A DNA stretch of 64,000 nt, taken from NCBI GenBank assembly GCA_963704485.1, contig OY969910.1, forward strand, positions 3,176,138 through 3,240,137, written 5' to 3'. The position numbers and the translations under genes are program-made. This DNA comes from an uncultured Acidobacteriota bacterium. Its GTDB lineage: Bacteria; Acidobacteriota; Terriglobia; Acidiferrales; UBA7541. Shown in pieces: positions 59,778 through 64,000 of this stretch; within the stretch, counting starts at the first letter, position 1; each line of letters begins with the position of its first letter. The notes under the pieces are model-generated. The model did no database searches, was not told the DNA's origin, and saw only the letters and a list, made by a program, of their open reading frames with translations.

Positions 59778-60710
59778 ATGGCCTTAGCCGCCAAGATAAT
59801 TTTTATCCTTGCGGTCGCCCTGTGTTTTAGCGGCTGGATTTCTCCACCGGTGGCCTTGGCTGCGGGAATTATATTTGGTTTGACGGTGCGGCATCCGTAC
59901 GCGGATAAGAGCCGCAGTATTGCGCGAATCCTGCTGCAGGTCGCTGTGGTTGCGCTGGGCTTCGGCATGAACCTGCACGAAGTGGTGAAAGCCGGGCGCA
60001 CCGGATTTATCTACACCGCGGTGGGAATTTCGTTTTCCATGATGGCCGGGCTGACGCTTGGCAAAATTCTGCGGGTGAGCGGAAACTCCTCTTATCTGAT
60101 TACTTCCGGCACGGCGATCTGCGGCGGCAGCGCCATCGCCGCGATTGGGCCGATACTGCGCGCCAGCGACGAAGAGATTGCCATCTCGTTAGGCACAGTT
60201 TTTATTCTGAACTCCATTGCGTTGCTGACTTTTCCGCCCATCGGAAGCGCGCTGCACCTGACGCAATCGCAATTTGGATTGTGGGCGGCGCTGGCGATTC
60301 ACGACACCAGTTCGGTAGTAGGGGCGGCGGCCAAATATGGACAGGAAGCGTTGATGATCGGCACCACCGTGAAGCTGGCGCGCGCGTTGTGGATCGTCCC
60401 GCTGGCTTTGGCGACCGCCGCGGTGAAGCGCACCGGCAAAGCTCGCGTGGCGCTGCCGTGGTTCATTTTGTTTTTCTGCCTGGCCGCCATGGTGCACACG
60501 TTTTATCCCGCCGGCGCCAAATTTGATGCCTGGGCTTTTCACGCCGGCAGGCTGGGACTTACGGCAACCCTATTTTTGATCGGCACGGGAATTTCGGTGG
60601 CGACCCTGAAGAGCGTGGGATGGCGGCCGTTATTGCAGGGAGTTATGTTGTGGATTGCGGTGGCGTCAATAACGCTGTACCTGATTCTCGCCCGGATTAT
60701 CGCGTTCTAG
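59778..60710 (+). CDS. Putative sulfate exporter family transporter (YeiH)
   Basis: GTAICGGSAIAA, AIHDTSSVVGA, VKLARALWI, PWFI. Confidence 0.9.
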   Translation: MALAAKIIFILAVALCFSGWISPPVALAAGIIFGLTVRHPYADKSRSIARILLQVAVVALGFGMNLHEVVKAGRTGFIYTAVGISFSMMAGLTLGKILRVSGNSSYLITSGTAICGGSAIAAIGPILRASDEEIAISLGTVFILNSIALLTFPPIGSALHLTQSQFGLWAALAIHDTSSVVGAAAKYGQEALMIGTTVKLARALWIVPLALATAAVKRTGKARVALPWFILFFCLAAMVHTFYPAGAKFDAWAFHAGRLGLTATLFLIGTGISVATLKSVGWRPLLQGVMLWIAVASITLYLILARIIAF

Positions 60711-60830
60711 TTTTTCCAACCAAATCGAAAGTTCTAATCGCTCTCGCTCTGGGCCTTGCAGCACCACGCCGCAAATATTAGACTTTGCCGCGAAACAACC
60801 GGAATGTCCGAATTCCAAATCCAAAGTTAG

Positions 60831-61313
60831 ATGGAGGCATTTGTGAACAGACGAGTCTGGGTTTTTATGCCGGCTTTAGTGATCTTGGGATTTTTTGTTG
60901 CGCGCGGAGCGTTTTCGCAGTCCACGACTTCCGGTGCACGGAAGGTTATCAGCCTGCCGGACGACAATCCTCAACTGCCCTTCAGCGGCGGCATCCTGAC
61001 CGGCAACACCCTGTATCTTTCCGGGCGAATTGGAATCGATGCGAAGACGGGCAAGGCACCGGCAGAAATTGACGCCGAAATCAAACTGTTGCTGGATCAT
61101 GTTTCGGACACCCTCAAGGCGGCAGGAATGACCATGGACGACTTGGTGTACGTGCAGATCGCCTGCACGGATTTAGCGCTGTACGACAAGTTCAACGCCG
61201 CGTACCGCACCTACTTCACCACCAAGGAATTTCCGGCGCGCGAGTTTATTGGAGTCGCGTCGATCCTGCGGGGCGGCCACTTTGAAGTGCAAGCCATCGC
61301 TGTGAAGAGGTAA
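60831..61313 (+). CDS. RidA/YjgF family protein with a predicted signal peptide
   Basis: PFS....GNTLYLSG, FN..Y..YF, PAR, EVQAIA; hydrophobic leader ending AFS-Q. Confidence 0.88.
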   Translation: MEAFVNRRVWVFMPALVILGFFVARGAFSQSTTSGARKVISLPDDNPQLPFSGGILTGNTLYLSGRIGIDAKTGKAPAEIDAEIKLLLDHVSDTLKAAGMTMDDLVYVQIACTDLALYDKFNAAYRTYFTTKEFPAREFIGVASILRGGHFEVQAIAVKR

Positions 61314-61457
61314 AAAGCCCAAATACGGGCTTGTTGTTAACAGGCAAACAATGGGCAGTTGCCCATATTAGGTCTCCATGCCGCTGTCCAAAGTGAATAG
61401 AATTTAGTTAAACCGTGCATTTGTAATTACATACATATTAAAGGGAATTAATGTTGG

Positions 61458-61474
61458 TTGGTGTTCGTCATGCT
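61458..61474 (+). promoter_or_regulatory. Candidate sigma54 -24/-12 promoter
   Basis: TTGG-TGTTCGTCAT-GC (GG-N10-GC), preceded by an AT-rich tract and palindromes at 61351-61366 and 61384-61400. Confidence 0.35.
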
Positions 61475-61496
61475 CCTACATGCGGGGCGAACACCA

Positions 61497-63161
61497 ATGC
61501 TAAGAATAACGAACGAAAAGGCGACTGGACGGGCAAGCCTTACGGTTGAGGGCAAACTCGCTGGTCCATGGGTCGCCGCTCTCGAGCAGAGCTGGAACGA
61601 TTTACGCGCGAGCGCACCGGACCAGAAGCTAAGCGTCAACCTGTGCGGCGTGAGTTTTATAGACGCCGGCGGCAAGGCTCTGCTGAAGCAGATTCATGAG
61701 CAGGGCGGCAAGCTGGTTGCCGAAGGCTGCTTGAACCAGGCCATCGTGCGGGAAATTGCCGGGGAAAAACGCGGCGAGAATAGTGAAGCGCATCACAAGA
61801 AAACTCCAATAATTTTTTACTTATTTTTGCTGGGACTTTCGGCAGCAGGCGCCGGCTCACTACGCGCACAAGGCACAGCGGGGCGTAAGGTGCTGCCGTC
61901 CAACGCGCCCACGGAAGTGTTGCGGCTGACGCTCGATCAAGCCGTAGGGCTGGCGCTAAAACAAAACACTACGGCGCAGATTGCGGTCATTCAGGCTGCG
62001 GAAGCCGTGCAAGACCGGAATGTCGCGCGATCGGAACTGTTACCGCAGGCCAATCTGCAAGCCAGCGACTCCATTCGCCGCACCAACCTGGAAGCGAACT
62101 TGGGCGTGCGCATCCCGGGATTTCCCCAGCACGTTGGACCTCTCCAGGTCTTTCAAGCCGGGCCATCCTTTTCTGCGCCCGTTTTCGATTTAACTTTGTG
62201 GCGCCGCTATCAGGCGCAGCGTTCTCTGGCCAACGCCGCCAAAGCCAACAGCCTTTCCACTCGCGAGCAAGTCACCTTGCTGGTTGTTTCGCAATACATC
62301 GGAACTCTGCGGGCGGTCGCGACGGTGCAGGCAGCGGAGTCGCGCGTTGATCTGGCGCAAGCGCTTTACAACCAGGCAGCGGATTTGCAAAAGGAAGGCG
62401 TGGGCACGGGTATTGATACGCTGCGCGCCAACGTGGAACTCCAGAACGAGAAGCAGCGCTTCCTGGAAGCGCAAGCCGATCGCGACACTTCGTTGTTTGC
62501 GTTGAGCCGCTTGTTGAATCTGGATCCGCGACAGAACGTGGAGCTGGCCGACTCCCTGAGTTATTTTGAAACTCCTCAACCCGAAGTGGAACAGACCATC
62601 GAGCAAGCGCTTTCGGAACGACAGGAATGGAAAGCACTGGACGAACAGGTCAAAGCGGCGCAAGCGCAGAAAAAGCAGGCCTGGGACGCGCGTTTGCCGG
62701 CTGTGCGCGTGGACGGCGATTGGGCCTACCAGGGCACGCGGCTCAACAACGGTATTCCGACCTACAACTATGAAGTGGCGCTGAATATGCCGCTGTTTAC
62801 GGGCGGGCGGATTCGAGCGGAGACCACCCGCGCGGACCTGGAGATTCGGAGATTGCAGGAGCAGCAAGCCGACTTGCGCAACGAGATTGGGCTGGGCGTA
62901 AAAAACGCGCTGATTAATCTGACTTCCGCCAGGAGCCAGGTGCAGGTCGCGAATCTGGGCGTGCAGCTTTCGAAAGAAGAAGTGGACCAGGCGCGCGACA
63001 GGTTCCGCGCCGGAGTGGCCAACAACATTGAAGTGATTCAAGCGCAGGATTCGCTGGCGCGCGCTAACGACAATCAGATTGCGGCGCTTTACCGCTTCAA
63101 CCAAGCGCGGGCAGACCTGGCGAGGTCGGTGGGACAGATGGAACGCGTGTACGCGAAGTAA
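61497..63161 (+). CDS. TolC-family outer-membrane efflux protein with an N-terminal STAS-like domain
   Basis: MLRIT...VEGKLAGPWV...VNLCGVSFIDAGG (STAS-like), internal signal peptide ...SLRA-Q, LTLDQAV.LAL..N, PLFTGG, RFRAGVANNIEVIQAQ. Confidence 0.88.
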   Translation: MLRITNEKATGRASLTVEGKLAGPWVAALEQSWNDLRASAPDQKLSVNLCGVSFIDAGGKALLKQIHEQGGKLVAEGCLNQAIVREIAGEKRGENSEAHHKKTPIIFYLFLLGLSAAGAGSLRAQGTAGRKVLPSNAPTEVLRLTLDQAVGLALKQNTTAQIAVIQAAEAVQDRNVARSELLPQANLQASDSIRRTNLEANLGVRIPGFPQHVGPLQVFQAGPSFSAPVFDLTLWRRYQAQRSLANAAKANSLSTREQVTLLVVSQYIGTLRAVATVQAAESRVDLAQALYNQAADLQKEGVGTGIDTLRANVELQNEKQRFLEAQADRDTSLFALSRLLNLDPRQNVELADSLSYFETPQPEVEQTIEQALSERQEWKALDEQVKAAQAQKKQAWDARLPAVRVDGDWAYQGTRLNNGIPTYNYEVALNMPLFTGGRIRAETTRADLEIRRLQEQQADLRNEIGLGVKNALINLTSARSQVQVANLGVQLSKEEVDQARDRFRAGVANNIEVIQAQDSLARANDNQIAALYRFNQARADLARSVGQMERVYAK

Positions 63162-63183
63162 GGGACGAGCGAGGACAAAAAAG

Positions 63184-64000
63184 ATGAGTATCGAAATCGA
63201 AGTAGGGTTAGAGAACGCGCCGAGAGTACCGGTGATGTTGGAGGAGCCGCTTCCCCCGGAACCTCCCAAGGGTTTGAAGAGTCCGAAGGTGCAGCGGTTG
63301 CTGATGGTGGCGGCAATTGTGATTGTCGCGGTTGCTGTGGGACTTTTTCTTTATTACCGCAACCGCGAATCCACAGATGACGCGCAGGTAGACGGGCACA
63401 TCACTCCAATCGCAGCAAAAATCTCTGGACGCGTCGCAGAAGTGCTGGTGCATGACAACGAGCCGGTAAAAGCCGGGCAGGTTTTGGCAAAGATCGATCC
63501 GCGCGATTACCAGGCCGCGCTCGACAACGCCAAAGCTGCTCTGGCACTGGCGCAAAGCGAAGCGCAGTCAGCCAATGTGGATGTACCGCGCACGCGGGAG
63601 AACGTGGCCAGCGGAACCTCCAATGCGAATGCCGGTTTGCTGGGCGCGGAAGCCGAACTCGCGCAGGCCCAGGCCGCGTACGCGCAGGCGCAGAATTCGG
63701 ACCTGGCGTTTGCAAAAGCGAACGTAGAGAAGAGCCGCGCGAATGCGCAACTGGCGCAAGCGGATCTGGATCGCTACCGCCCGTTAATGGACAAGGGCGA
63801 AATTTCCAAGCAGCAGTTTGACGCCGCAAAAGCCAACGCCGATGCCACTGCCAGCGCGCTGAAGGCCGAAGAAGAAAAAATTCAGCAGGCGCAAAGCAAT
63901 ATCCAAATCGCCAAGGCGCAGTTAAGTGCGGCGCAAGCGCGAGTGGAGCAGGCCCGTGCGGGCGTTTCGTCGGCCCGCGCGGACATCCAGCAAGTGAGCA
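63184..64000 (+). CDS. HlyD/EmrA family membrane fusion protein (3' end outside window)
   Basis: TM, then ESTDDAQVDGHITPIAAKISGRV.EVLV.DN..VKAGQVL..IDPRDY and a coiled coil. Confidence 0.92.
   Translation, partial: MSIEIEVGLENAPRVPVMLEEPLPPEPPKGLKSPKVQRLLMVAAIVIVAVAVGLFLYYRNRESTDDAQVDGHITPIAAKISGRVAEVLVHDNEPVKAGQVLAKIDPRDYQAALDNAKAALALAQSEAQSANVDVPRTRENVASGTSNANAGLLGAEAELAQAQAAYAQAQNSDLAFAKANVEKSRANAQLAQADLDRYRPLMDKGEISKQQFDAAKANADATASALKAEEEKIQQAQSNIQIAKAQLSAAQARVEQARAGVSSARADIQQVS

Overview
GC-rich bacterial chromosome segment. Gene content (Oar-type TonB-dependent receptors, GWxTD protein, arylsulfate sulfotransferase, small STAS-like domain) suggests Acidobacteriota; this is an inference. 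Left part (1-14 kb): parB-parA, a ~1 kb array of 13 clear and several degenerate parS palindromes interleaved with a second palindrome class, rsmG, selD, a membrane hydrolase, a TonB receptor, a DUF62 enzyme, and jag-yidC-yidD-rnpA-rpmH. There is no dnaA, mnmE or mnmG. Middle (14-33 kb): peptidases, a second TonB receptor, ffh, sthA, rpsP-khpA-rimM-trmD-rplS and a PIG-L deacetylase. Right part (33-64 kb): GWxTD protein plus a putative outer-membrane partner, a PDZ/TM/GAF/PAS kinase with a sigma54 response regulator, and an ~18 kb surface-glycan locus (TPR/CBM, ligase, Wza, Wzc, epimerase, GT2-MTase, GT-C, Wzm/Wzt, methyltransferases) split by an oppositely oriented arylsulfate sulfotransferase. 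It ends with a TlpA-CxCxC fusion, YeiH, RidA, an apparent STAS-TolC fusion and a HlyD/EmrA gene. Many single-base frameshifts in housekeeping genes left of 25.5 kb look like sequencing-consensus errors. No rRNA, tRNA, CRISPR or IS element was recognised. All family calls come from motif recognition only; no database searches were run.
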